Source: Hydrolagus colliei
Taxonomy: Eukaryota
Reading direction: 5' to 3'
Assembly: GCA_035084275.1 (NCBI GenBank)
Contig: CM068754.1
Coordinates: forward strand, 11,470,001 to 11,534,000
Length of the DNA stretch: 64,000 nt
Below are positions 37,051 through 50,330 of the stretch, in pieces (the stretch's first letter is position 1; each line of letters starts with the position of its first letter). The translations under genes and the position numbers were made by a program. Under the pieces are notes generated by a model. The model did not search any database and was not told the DNA's origin. It worked only from the letters and a program-made list of their open reading frames with translations.

Positions 37051-40000
37051 AAATACAGCAATTATTATTATGTGATCTGAATACAGTATTTGGAGAACCA
37101 CTGTTGAAGATACTAGAAATTACTGTAGACAGTAGTGCCTACATGAGTCTAATACATATTCAGTAAGATACAAAATCTTTTGTTCAGGAAGGGGCCCCTG
37201 TATCTCTGAACTAAAAATAGAGACCTTTGTGGTTTTGAATGCCTGTATGTATTCCTGTACTTCAGATGAAAAAATCCTGTCACAAAACTTGTTTGAAGTC
37301 TTAAGCAAGGTTGGTTATTTATTTGCGCTTGTACCATAAGCAGCTATTCGGGAGATGACATGCCAAACCAGCTGTTTGCTGTCCTATTACATGTGGTCTG
37401 CAGCTGTGTCCATGACTTTTCTTCCACTCACCAATCAAACCTGCCAAGTATTCATTGGCAGATGATGACCAAACTACATTTCAGAGGAATAAAAGTAGAA
37501 TAGAGATTCAAAGCAGGTGCACGGTTGCTCTGGTTTCTCACAAAATGGATATCTTGAAGAAAAAGAGTAACTCACATACTGATTGAACTTTAATAAAAAC
37601 ATTTGATACAGTACGCTTAAGAGTTTACTGTTTTAAACTGGGTCATTGTGAACTAATCAAAGTCCAGTTTAGCTCAACCAGATCTTTTCATTATCAACTA
37701 AGTAACACACTCTTAACAGAGATTTGGTATTATGGACAGCAAGTTTTAAAGCAAGCTCTCTGCCAGAAGCAGCTGGTAAAAATATTTTCAAAATTAATAC
37801 AATTTTTATCAAAACACTCCAAGAAATGAGGCCAGAGAGAGTTGACAAGCGCAGTGCACAGCATGTTTTATTCCTTCTTCCATTTTTCTTGTTGCCGTAA
37901 AATAGATCATTAAAAAAACTATTATACTAAAAATGTTAAAGAGCAACAGAATAACACATTTTGACTGCTTGTACATTGGAATACCTTCCAACATTTAAAC
38001 TTTTTCTTCAAGAAATCCATTTTGTTACAATGAGCATACACAATGCTTTACTGTTATTATTTGTATTACCAAAGCAGACACATGAAATCCTTCCTACAAA
38101 ACAAATCTTCTAGTTCGAAATGTATCTTCTAGCTTGAGTATTGAATGTGTTAATTATTCTAGTGTCCGAGTTACTATTGAACCATAAATACAATGCACAT
38201 TATTCCCCCAAAAAACATATATGCAGAGCCAGAAAAAAATCATCTCTCTGTGCCATTAAGATACATGCTGAAGTGCACAAGTTCATAGCAGGAAAGATAA
38301 GGTGCAGTTAATAGTCACCATGAGTTTAGATGATACAGGGGATGCAGTTATTATCTGTATGGATTATGTACACAGAATCCAAAATATGGTAACCTACCAT
38401 ATATAAATCAAGCTAAAGTCTGTTGGTCTTTTGAACACCCCACCCCCACTGCACACTTTGCTTAATGCTCTCACAAATTCCTTCCCATAAAGCGTTTGAA
38501 CATTGTGTGTTGCCCTCATCACAAACTCCACTCAGTAGAATAATGCAAAGACCTCAGACTGAAAAGAGATTAGCAGGTTCTAGCTTCTGTTTTTTTAAAG
38601 CAGAAATAACTTTGGCAGCCATTGAATTCATAGATAAACAAAGTTTGAAATGCAAAGCATGCTGAATTTCAGATTCGGAATAAAAAGATCCTTAAAATAT
38701 GCCTGAATGCATGTTCTGGACTCATTAAAAGGGATGAAAGGGCCCACTATTCACAGAGCCTCAAGCCCACTGCTCCTGTCATGCCAAGAATCCTAGTCAA
38801 GTAAGCCATTATTCCACTTATATTTCTATTGAATTCAGAGCTTCAAACACTCATCACTCATTTATACTAAGCCAGAGCTTAAGATGAACAGAGATGTGTC
38901 TGAAATCTTTAACATTTTCCATATTCAGACCACTATTCTTGAATGCTTCAAAACAAATCAAAATCTACTCCAAAACCGCAACTCCTATAGCTATAAAAGA
39001 TGAAGGTTAGAATTATCTTTCAAGATCCTATTTATCTGTTTATATTGAAACAATTTCATGTGCCTAGCTTTCCACAGATACCCACGTGTGTTCAATGTGT
39101 TTAAGGGCAACCACCTAACAACCTTTCCAAATATAAATTTCAAAAGCTTCTTTGTCTTGGGATAGTCAACACCTTTTAATTCATGGCAAGAATTAAACTG
39201 AAAATTGAAACACAGCAAAAGCTAACTATCTTCATTCTTCACCCGATATGAAGTGACATATTTGATTGGGTTGTAATTTAAGATTGAGCGTGTGTACCCT
39301 TGGCTATTTTGTCTATCATCTCTCTATTCAAAACTATCTGAGTCAAATGAAATAATTGGACATGTGGCTATTGTTTCACTTTACATATTAAATAATACCA
39401 GTATTGTGGTACAGTAATAAGGCACTTGCATTGTAATATACTTAATTTGGGCAGAAGTTTTAAATTGGCAGTGAAACTATCAAAATCTATTTGTATTGTC
39501 AAACCTTTTCACAAATGTCAAGACAGTTTAATACAACGGAAATACAAATATTTAAGGAAATTGCTGTTGTTAGTTCCTTCAAAGCAAATATTCAGCATTA
39601 TAATGGAATTTCTGAAAGGAAAATTCTATTAAGTTATAGACTATTTATCACAGTTGTATTGATTGACTGCTGACCACAATATAGGCATTGATCTATTAGC
39701 TTTTGCTACAGCATTATCCATATTCTGTGCCATTACTTCTACCATGCTGTATTCCATTCAAATCATAGCCACTCGTTTTATTAAGCAATACTAATGTGTA
39801 TCTTCTTTGCTCAAAGAATATCTCACCTGGTATCCCTTCATTTCACAAGAATAAATGAGGACAAAACAGGAGCTTGTTTATACTGAAGATTTTTTAAAAT
39901 GAAAACACATCCAGAGATCCATTAAGTTTTCAAGTGTCCAATTTTTCACCTTCCATTCAAGAAGATATTTTTTTCCGCCCAGAATCAGATGTTTTACTCA

Positions 40001-42454
40001 GTAAATATTCCGCTCCTTTGTGATACCATGTCATCAAGGACACGCATGCTATTTTTAGGCAGACCTCATGAAATGCATCAGTGAAAAGCAAGTGTTGGGC
40101 GTGGACTTAATTAGCAGTGCAGAAGAGTTACTTTCCAAAATAGACTGTGTGTGAATGTGAAATCCGTTTGGAGGAATAAAGGTATTAAAGATGCATTCAA
40201 ATTTGCACCGTGTTGCATATTCTTGGAATCAATAGCAAACAATTGTTTTTACACCATCAAAGTTTCAGGCATTCTTTCTCCTGAAAAAATAAGCCTGGGT
40301 GTTGTTTTTCTAATTTTTCAGTGTTTTTCTTGATCCTCCAAAGGATTACAGATAGTTGCATATTACAAATGACCAACGCTTTGAAACTCGATACCTCTTT
40401 CCATACACACATTTTGCATAAGTTACTGTTATCGTTCTCTGGCACAACCTTCACTTTATGATCATGATAAAAGGATGTAAAGCAGACATAAATCTGTGTC
40501 AAGTTATCTTGTCCATCCATTAGCAAATACCACCTGGTTTATCTGTGTTTGAAAATCCCCTTTATCATTTCAAAAATAAAAATACAATTCCTTTCCATCT
40601 GGTTTTGTTCGCAAAACAGAAGGACAACACATAGCCCATATCAATTGATCTTGTTGTGTTAAGAGTTGATTTATAGCACATACTACAAGTTAGCTTTGTC
40701 ATTCACCAGCAAAGACCATAACTGATGACTTTGAAGAATTACAATTGAAACCATACAACGATCCTTTGTCAAACCGTCAGGTTAAATATTTATTGTGGTT
40801 TAAATGTTTGTATTCTAAAGGAACATTTGACCACACTGTCATAACAGAGCAGAAATCAAGTGATGCCTTTGAGTGATAGAATTACTGCATGCCACATCAA
40901 TAGCTGGAAGATTGTTTAGGCTGAAAGGGATTCAATGACATGTTGTTGGATACTTTTGTGTTGTTGGTTACTTAGTGGCATGCAACGGAATTCATTATTT
41001 TTTAATCAATCTCATCGCAGCTCCTGATGCTTTTGGCAGGGTAAGCCACAAAGTTTCAACCAGTAGCACTGTCTTTGCTATTGTGTCAATTTGTTTTCAA
41101 AGATATGTTTTCAAAGATTATTATGGAAAGATAACGCTGCCATCTTTATCAATCGTGGACTACTAAACTGTTACTTTGCCCATCCACAACCCATGCATCT
41201 TGTAGATTTAGAACAAAACACACATTCAATTATTTCAGAGATCATCTAAACTGAAAAGCATCCGAGTTTCAAACATCTACCACTCCATTAAGAGAAGGCT
41301 TGTTAATTGTGAACCAGTGAATGATTTCAGAAAAGGACTGGGATACAACTTTAGACAACGTGTAGATTCTAAGACACTGGGATCACACACAACCGTAAAT
41401 GTGTCATCTCAAATCGGGCATGTTTTTCTATAGAAACAAAATGTTACCATACTTACCATAGGAATGAATGAATGAAATGATTAATGGAAATTCTACAGAT
41501 GTAGATAGGGACACAAAATCAATCAGGAAACTCTGCCACATGTTCTTTTTCATTTAAGACAAATGTATATAAAAACAGCTATGGACATTAATAACCAAAG
41601 TTTCCTTCAATGTTAGCTCCAGGGTTATTAATAACAAAGACAAGGCTGTGATGACTCTGCTATCCTGTGGTATTCTTTGTGGCCCCTTATCACTTCGTGC
41701 AAGAAGTAAGGAGTCATTTACAACTGATGAATAAACTTATCAGTTGTTGGATAATCCTATAAAATAAGAAGTCTTTGTGACCGCTCCGATGGTTTTGTGT
41801 TCTCGAATCATTGAAAGCAGAGCTTTCCTATTAAATAAGGCCATCCCAACCTGCCATAAAGTAACTTACCCAATGGTAAAGCGTAGTTTACAGGCTATAA
41901 GAGGCCATTTAACATTTGACACAGTGACGTAAACTGGGTCTGTGTTTTAGTTGAAACAAACAACTGCTTCAAGCAGGTTTGAGATAAATAGTTAAAGGAA
42001 CAAAAAAAACATACAATCATCAGGTCAGAACAAACTCACTGAAAACAATAGGTGAGAAAACTCAGCTAAAAGGCTCATTGTGCTTTGTTTACCCAGCCTG
42101 CATTCCTCCTTTCCCACTGGCTACAGAACCCACAGCTACACCCAACGCTGAAAGTATTTTTTCTTAATGCATCAAAACCTCAACAGAAAGAATATTTAAC
42201 TCTTCCTGGGTCTAAGATGTCCAATCTATGAAAATCTATACAAACACCAGAGTGGCATACTCTACTTGCAAAATCCACTGTTTTTTATCTCATTTGTCAA
42301 AATCCTTCAACTCCAAATAGACAGTTAATCTACATACAGTTTCTCTTTCGCGTTCTGTTTTGCTTTGTACAGATTATGTGGATTAAGACACACATGTCTC
42401 TTTCTGATTGGTTTATTTATGTTCATGCTGGGAATCTTATTGTTTCAGTTATAA

Positions 42455-42583
42455 AAGGATTAAGGGGTATGGGGATAAGGCAGGTAGCTGGAGTTAGAGT
42501 AGAATATCAGTCATGATTGAATGGCGGGGCACACTCGATGGGCCGAATGGCCTACTCCTGCTCCTATTTCTTATGTTCTTATG
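42455..42583 (+). mobile_element. CR1 3' UTR fragment
   Basis: GATGGGCCGAATGGCCTACTCCTGCTCCTATTTCTTATGTTCTTATG. Confidence 0.85.
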
Positions 42584-42789
42584 CTAACAGGCTCATCGTG
42601 TGATTCCAGGCACTTGAATTCTGATATGACCGTACCTTTTGGGACAAACATTCATTTTCTGTAAGATTCACCTTCAATTTGATGTAACTTTATCCAGGCA
42701 AATAACCAAATCTAAATTCCTGAAAATGAAAGCTTCTTCAGTTTGTCTCTAAGGTGTAGCATCTACGGCCAACACTGACCAACTTCAGA

Positions 42790-43035
42790 GAATCCAGGAA
42801 TCATGGATGTTTACAGCTAAGAAGCCATTCAGTCCATCAAGTCTGCCCCAGCTTCGCGCAAGCTTTTCATTCAATTCCATGGACCTCACCACCTACCCCA
42901 CCCCTTATCCACATACCTTTCAAAGCCTTTATCTCTGATATACCTGCTATTTCACTCTTAAAAGCCATAATTGACTCAGCTACTAACACCTTACTTGGCA
43001 TGACATTACACATCTCTCCATGCAGAAATTGAGAT
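42790..43035 (-). mobile_element. Old CR1 3' fragment
   Basis: Minus frame CNVMPSKVLVAESIMAFKSEI, similar to CR1 WNxLPxxVVEAxSIxxFKxxL. Confidence 0.6.
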
Positions 43036-43174
43036 ACTCTGTGTGATAAAATGGGGATTAGGATTCTCATGTTGTTCTTTACATGCCTTCACAGTCTCAC
43101 CTGACATGTACCATTATGATTGCCTTTGGGCTCATGCCTGGAATGCAGAATAATGCTCAGTGTTTGCTTCCCAC

Positions 43175-43346
43175 CTGTAAAGCATCGAAACCCTTTCTTT
43201 ACTTCAAATGTCTCTTGTCCTGAACCTCCACAATCATCTTCATCATCACAGTCACCGCTTTGCCATGCGTCCTCATTTATATCATTCAAAATGTGTTTCA
43301 TTTTGTCTCCATAGTGATATCTCTCTTTTGATTTGCCCTGCAACAA
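43175..43346 (-). CDS. GPC3: Glypican-3 (GPC3/GPC5 class) penultimate exon with heparan-sulfate attachment region
   Basis: Acceptor TTTTTTTCATTATTTTCAG|TTG (phase 0) and donor ACAG|GTGGGA (phase 1), 172 nt. Encodes LLQGKSKERYHYGDKMKHILNDINEDAWQSGDCDDEDDCGGSGQETFEVKKGFRCFT, containing the SGDCDDEDxCGGSG motif of GPC3/5. Confidence 0.88.
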
Positions 43347-44684
43347 CTGAAAATAATGAAAAAAACACAGGCATTGGACAACAAGATTAGCAACGTACAA
43401 CAATAAGAAAATAACTTTCCGATAGATTTGTGAACTAAATTTATATAAATCAATATCAGAAACAATCCTCATTCAAATATAGTAAAGAGATATAACTACA
43501 AAATAAACACCATACCTCCATTGTGAATATATTCAGTACAAAGTACTGTACCTTGAGAATAATATAGCATACAGCTGAATATAAAGATACAATGCAATTT
43601 ACACTTATATGGTTCTTTCATTCTATGAGGACGTCTTAAAGTGTTTGACACAAAGATGACATTATCCTCATGTAGCTGCAATCAGTCTTAATTTTAAAGC
43701 TGGTTTTCAATAGTTCTTAAAAGAATTTACACAAAAATGGCTTCAAATTTAACACTCAAGAATGTTCAAATTCTGCACACTCTAAAATGCTGTGTAAATG
43801 GAATAAATGGAATCTCTCCCCAATTATATTTTATAGATGCCTTCCTTAAGCACTGTAGCTGATCAGTGTTTAACTTGGTTATTAATCAAATCAAGTAATA
43901 GAAGTCATACAACACAGCAAGTTGTATTTGTGTAAATTAAATCACACCAGGTGATTAAAATAATTTGGTATTTGCCCTGTTATTCACACAAATTCTTTAG
44001 TAATTACAGCTTGAGAAAACGATGCAGGTTGCACAGCATTCACCTGTCAATTTTCCATTACTTTGAAAGATTATTTTGAGAATATTGAATGCAGTTCAAT
44101 CCGTATATTTAAGTGTTTTTGCTAACAGTTAATAAATAACTGGTGAAGGCCAAAGAGTAAAAGCAGAACAACGTGTTTTTTTTATTCTGCCTCCAAGCTG
44201 TTCATTGTCAGTGTTACTAATTTAAGTTTGATTTATCGATAAGGGCTGGGAATTTAGACTATTAAGGTAAAATTTAATTCAAGGGATTCTAAAACTGAAT
44301 CTGCATTCACTATACCTGCTAACAGTCTAGTTAACGTAATTTAAGATGTGAGTTAACTGCTTCTTAAATTATGCACATCTTGAAGTTTATTTTGCTTACA
44401 ATCATAACCAGTTTAGATGAAATATAGTGAACCTATATCACAACACCATCTTGACCAATAAAATTATTTCTGCATGTGCCAATAGCATGTTAAATCTTTT
44501 TGGGAGACAAAGGGTTAAAACCAGAGTTACAAAACCAGATTGATGGAGTAAGTCATCAGCTATATGGGTATAAAATTAACAAACAACAACAACAACAACA
44601 AAATGACACTTGAAAAGCGCCTTTCACATCTGGAGGACATCACAAACACTGTTACGTTAAAATCAGGAGAAAAAGGGAACATAA

Positions 44685-45059
44685 TGTTGCAGGAAAACTG
44701 ATCCTAAATTAAACACGGTCAACACCCAATCTAAGACCAGCAAGATACCAACTCACATTGGTCAACGGGTTCTCTTCTCGGAAAGAGACATGTGCTTTTT
44801 GCAATATCCTTACAACGATACGTAACTGCAAAAGCAGATAACACTAAAGCTACGTGCGCTACGTACTTTTACAATAACCGCCAGAATAGACAGAAGAATA
44901 CCCATACAAGGTTCATATAAATATAGGCAACATACTCGGATAAGGAGGCATCGAGAACCGCTTCGAGAACCACAGAGACAACCACAAAACAGTAAATGAT
45001 TGATTGAATAATAAAGATATGTGGCGTTTACCTTGTTACCACAATCAATAATCATTACA
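44685..45059 (+). mobile_element. Possible solo LTR
   Basis: TG...TTACA ends, CpG retention, and TATAAATA at ~44915 followed by AATAAA at ~45010. No clean target duplication, so boundaries are uncertain. Confidence 0.35.
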
Positions 45060-48000
45060 CATTTACGCCATTAGTGATTTTCATTAGATTTTGTGAATGC
45101 TTGAAAGGTGCAGTGAGCATTCTTCAGGAAGTAAGTTGGACAACCTGTCCTTGGATGATCGAGAGATTCCAGAAAGGTGTCAATGCTTTGACTTCTCTGA
45201 CTACTTTTATTGAATAATTTTAACTCCAAGTAATTACATTCAGTAAATTGTAGAGGTTTGGTCATCCATTTTAACTGTGGTTGTAAAAAATACTTAATAA
45301 ACCGAATGCAGTATTGATTTCATGAGGAATGAAACTTTCAAAAACTTGCTGAAACTTTCGCACATATTTTGCGTTCACTTTCTTTTGAACAAAAGTTTGG
45401 TTTTTTTTACACCATTTTATTTTATTTAGAGAATATTATTTTTTATTATAAACAACTTGATTGTCAACCAGCTGAGAAATGTACAGCAAATAAATTTATT
45501 TGGTTTCTGTCAACCAAATACATTTCAGAATAATCCATTATAATAATCCGACGTGAAAGGCGCTCTATAAATGTAAATTGTTGTTGTTGTTGTTGTTGTT
45601 ATTGACCAAAGCCCGAATGACCTGAGTTGCTGATTGTCCTTGACAACTTTAATTCCCTGATTTGTTCCTTGGGCACCGAAAAGTGGTCAGAAAAACCTTT
45701 TATGTTGTTGCAAATGGAAAAATATCACTATTAATTAAATGCAACAAATTTGAACTACAAATTTATTGCCGCATTTGTTTGGCAGACAGAAAAGTATCCG
45801 TGTTTGCCCTTTGCCGAGAGAGCTGCGGGCTACGTTTCCCTGCCTGCATGTTTGTGAATTTTAACCCGACAATAGCAACAAAACTACAGCTACTGGCAGG
45901 TTTCAGATTTCTACCACTTTTCATAGCCTTCAGTGAGCAGCAACCATTAAGGTTCAGGGGAGGGACTTTTGATTTCATTGTGCAACAGTGAAAAGCAAAT
46001 GCTGCCAAGCCAACTTCCTCTGAAATTCCACACAGGGCCTCAGGACAAAAGACTTAAAATGACAAAGGTGAAGTGCATGATTCCACAACATTAAGAAGGT
46101 TCACATTAAAAACTCCTTTTCCTCTTGCACCTTAGATCCTGGACCAAAAACAAACACTTGCTTGAGTCCAGTCCCTAAAACCTCCAGCCACCCACACAAA
46201 ATAACTTTTGAGAATGAGGAGCTGACAACTGCAGGCCTACGTTAGTCTGCGGCTACAAATCCCCCAAAATTTCGGGGAGAATTGAGAAGCATGTCAGTGG
46301 ATCTACAAGTCAAGATGTTGCCATACATTCTCACATCTTATTCTATCATCCGTGCTAGGAGTCTGAAGTCTGAATGAAGATCAGAAGCTCATAGAACATT
46401 CCCGAGAGTGTCAACCCTGTCTTCACCATGGCAGACATGTAGCGTTCAGTCACATGTGAGAACAAAGAAATCACCAAGACAGGAAACCTATTCTACACTC
46501 TGGCCCAGCAGCTGGTCACTGAGTTTTGTATCAGATCAGGATTTTCTCATACCACCTGTAATTCAACACTACCTCCATACCTGCCACACTAAGGTTAATG
46601 GTCTGCCTAGTGACCTTCCACCTCAACTCATTGTATCCACCAGTGAATAAGCTGCGTTCCAGAATGGATGATAGGCAACACAATCCTTTAGGTTCAGATG
46701 CAGGCTAAAACCCCCAAGGAACATTGTAACATAAATCATTTTAGAACAATGCAGGTTCCATATGAACATCTTTGTTTCGTCAACTGTGGAATCACAAATG
46801 AGAAAAAAAAATTAAACTCTTAGAGAAGGTTTTGCTTGGTTCAAGTTTACAAGTAAAAATACTGAATTTCCAAACAATTTCATATTCACTACTCTCCTAT
46901 AATTTCCCCCATTGGAAAAAATACATCAGCAGAGTAGAAGCTAGCAATGATTGGAACTTGTTATAGATTTTAAAAATCTCTTAAGTCACAAGACTGCGAC
47001 TTCCTTGAAGTTGAAGCCTGAAATCATCATAATTCTGCTTCCTACATGTTCAGTTAATTTTAATACAACTAGTTAACGTGCCACCACTACTATGAGCTTT
47101 AACCTTATTAAAAACACATGTGTAACTTCATCAAAATGCAAATAAATAACAGTATATTCACTTGTTACCACTAGTTTTAGACATTTCATCAGACATGACT
47201 TATTGCATCAAGATCCACTTTGACTATTTTAGCTTTTGATTAGATATGTAGTGATGGCCTCATAATGCTCTCAGGTTTTCTCCATTCTAAATGTTAGGCT
47301 CACCACAAAGGCAGAAAAAATCCCAAACACATTTTGGCCCTGATATGCACAACAAGCATAAACACTGATAAACCAGCATTTTTTGTTAATAATATTATTA
47401 GCATTCTTTGATACTGTACAACAGGTCTAATTCCAAACACCTTGTTTAGAAAGTGAAAATGAAGGTGAAACAAACATACCAGCCACAAATTGGGTTAAAG
47501 TACTCATTACTGATTTTATATAAATAATCTCTTAACAATAGGTACATATTCTCTCGTGCCAGACGTGACACAGATTTACTAACAATGAAAGTGTGTGGAT
47601 GTTATTTGTGCAAATATTCAGAAACGATAGTCCCTGCTGGCAATCAATTAAACAATTGACTTTAACACTTAATTTAAAGGTTTTATTTATTAAGCATTCA
47701 AACTCCTGCTGTAATTGAATTTAAACACCAAATATATTAAACATGTTATTTATAGTCAGTCTACACCTTCATCTTAATACAGTTTTACAAATCAAAATTG
47801 ATGAGAAAGCCATTCTCTGCCTCACTATCAATATCTTCGTTCAAAGAGCAAGGGCTCTAATGAAATGTTTGAACAGTATAGCGTGTAACAGACTTCAAAG
47901 CTACCATTTGCCATTAATTTTCTTACACAGCTGATACTCTGTAATATAATCAAATTGATTTATGACACACACTACAAACTGAAAGAGTTTAGTTCCTGCA

Positions 48001-48454
48001 AATATAATTTAAATGAGTTTAGAGAAAATTTATGAAGGATATTCATTTGATAGCCCTCCATTTTATGTCACATTTGATAGAAGCTAAGCAACTGCTTCAC
48101 AGATCATTTTTGTAGTTAACAATTTCATTGTTCACTGCGTCATACATTGTAAAGGATAGTTTAACCCTTACACTGCTGAAGACATGTTTACGCATTCCAA
48201 ACATGATCGCTCTGTGAGCAGACAACATGTTAATTTTTTAACTACTGTAGTTCAATTTACCCCTTCAGGCATAAAAATCGCATCGTAAATCAACAGAGTC
48301 AATGTATGATCTGGCCCAGTCAATTACTGATATTAATCCATATCTGTTTTAAAAAATGTTCAATAAGTTTTAAGTAGACAGGAGAAGGAAAAAAAGCATG
48401 ACAGAGCAAACAGCAAATTTTTTTGAAAAGCTTTTATTTTAGTTACAATTCACC

Positions 48455-49332
48455 ACAATGAAACTCACCACCTGTTGCCTTAAACACCCCACCCCACCCA
48501 ATTGCTGGTCAACCAGCTCCCTTTCCTCTGCCCACTGCTGGCAGACACCATTAACCAACCGTCTCCTCAAGATCAGTCCCACTCCCCCTCAAAACTGCCA
48601 TCATCACCCTCTCCTTAAAAAACCTAGCCTTGGTCCTTCCAACCTCAGCTATTACCCCTCTATCTCAAACCTGCCCTAATCTCAAACTTAGTCTCTTATC
48701 AGCACCGCTTTCTTCCATCTCCACCACATTGCCTGTCTCCGTCAATACCTCATCCCAACAGCTGCCAAAATTCTGGTCCATGCCTTTGTCACCTCTCGGC
48801 TAGACTGCTCCAATGCCTTTCTCACTAGTCTTCCCTCCTCCACCATCCACAAAATTCAGCTCATACAAAACTCCACTGCCTGTATTCTCACCGCACCAAA
48901 TTTCGTACACCGATTACCCCAGTAAACTGCCAAACTGCACTGGCTCCCTGTCACAGAGTGGATCAACTTGTGAAAACAATTCTTGTGTTTAAATCCCTCC
49001 ATTCTTCTGCAACCCCCTACCCATCTAACCTCCTCTCTCCTCACAGCAGTAACCCACTGTCTCCACTCTGGGTCAGACCCCTCTTTGTCCCCCGAATCCT
49101 CCACTCCATAATCAGCGGCTGTGATTTCAGCCACTACGCTCCAAACTCAACCCCTTTGCCTTCCCCCCCTCGTTTCTCACTTTTAAGTCATGCCTGAAGA
49201 CCTTTCTCTTCGACCGCGCTTAAAGTCACCTTCCCCCTCCCTCTGGCTCAGCCTTGGGCTCCGCCATTGTGAAGCTCTCTGAGACGCCATGCGGCCTGGA
49301 GAGCGCTATATAAATGCAAGTTGTTATTGTTG
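48455..49332 (+). mobile_element. L2-type LINE with internal deletion
   Basis: Remnants of ITPLLKKPSL...SYYP.ISNLP joined to LVHAFVTSRLDCSNA...LHWLPV, with tail GCGCTATATAAATGCAAGTTGTT. Confidence 0.88.
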
Positions 49333-50270
49333 CAGTAATTTTAATGATGTGTGTTAATTTACCAGTAAGAGAGAAACACTAACGTTTGAGTACTATGTTT
49401 TCAGTACTGTTCACCATCATAGTATGTGATGAAATTATTACAGGGAAAGGAGAAATTGTATCCACTGTTAGTCTAAAAGCTTAAATATTTTAACGTGGTG
49501 ACCTGCAGAATTATCAGTCAAAGTGAAAAGGCTTTTTTTAGATTTTAGATTTCTGGCATCTGCAGTATTTTGCCTTTTGAGGCTTTGATTTTTATTTATG
49601 CGCTATCAAAAATTACAGAGATTAATGAGAACAAATTTTCTGTTTCAATCCCTCAGGGAATTTTTCTATTTTCTGTAAAGGTAATCAACAATCTGCTGCC
49701 TGCAATTTCAAGAGCAAATCTCATTGTTTAAAAACCATGCAGAATACTCTTGCCGCAACTCGCTACCTTAGAATGTAAAATCAGCCTCTGTTTAATGCTA
49801 TTGTCAAGGCAGCCAGACTAACTCCTTGTGGGAGTACAATGGTTCGCATTTAATATGGTGATCCTGGGGTGAAGAAATGGTGACAAAACGCAGTTACATT
49901 GTAATCAAATATGTTGGAATCTAATCAACAAAAAGCTGGGGCTGACAAGTTCATTTTTATGAAACAGGAGAAACAAGGGCCCTATCTTACTGACAGGTGT
50001 ACCCTGAGTTAATGTGCTATGCAGAAGTTTAGGCCATCCTCTATACTACATTCACCGTGCTGATATGGCAGTCAAAGCTGCTTCAATTTAACAGTTCTGA
50101 TCAAATCCCTATGAGAACAATGAATCAGTCTCTGAACATAATTCTGAATGTCACATAAAGAGAGATAGTTCAGCGTCAGTGTTTGCCATCGTTCCCTTGT
50201 TCCTACGGTTTATGTAGTAAAACTGCCTCTCAGATGTTACTTGTGAGTTATTTGGGGTTTTACATCCCCC

Positions 50271-50330
50271 TGCAGTGATATCATGAATGAGCAACAGAAC
50301 TCAACATTACTCATTCATGATATCATTGCA
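50271..50330. repeat. 24-bp-arm hairpin/palindrome
   Basis: TGCAGTGATATCATGAATGAGCAA, a 12-nt loop, then TTACTCATTCATGATATCATTGCA; 22 of 24 positions are complementary. Confidence 0.9.

Noticed and set aside
49365-49580. Penelope-associated terminal repeat remnant (also ~24840-24890)
   Set aside because: Only short motifs resemble that shark repeat (GCATCTGCAGTATTTTGC, CAGATGCTG...CTCCAGCATTTT); too decayed to support a call.
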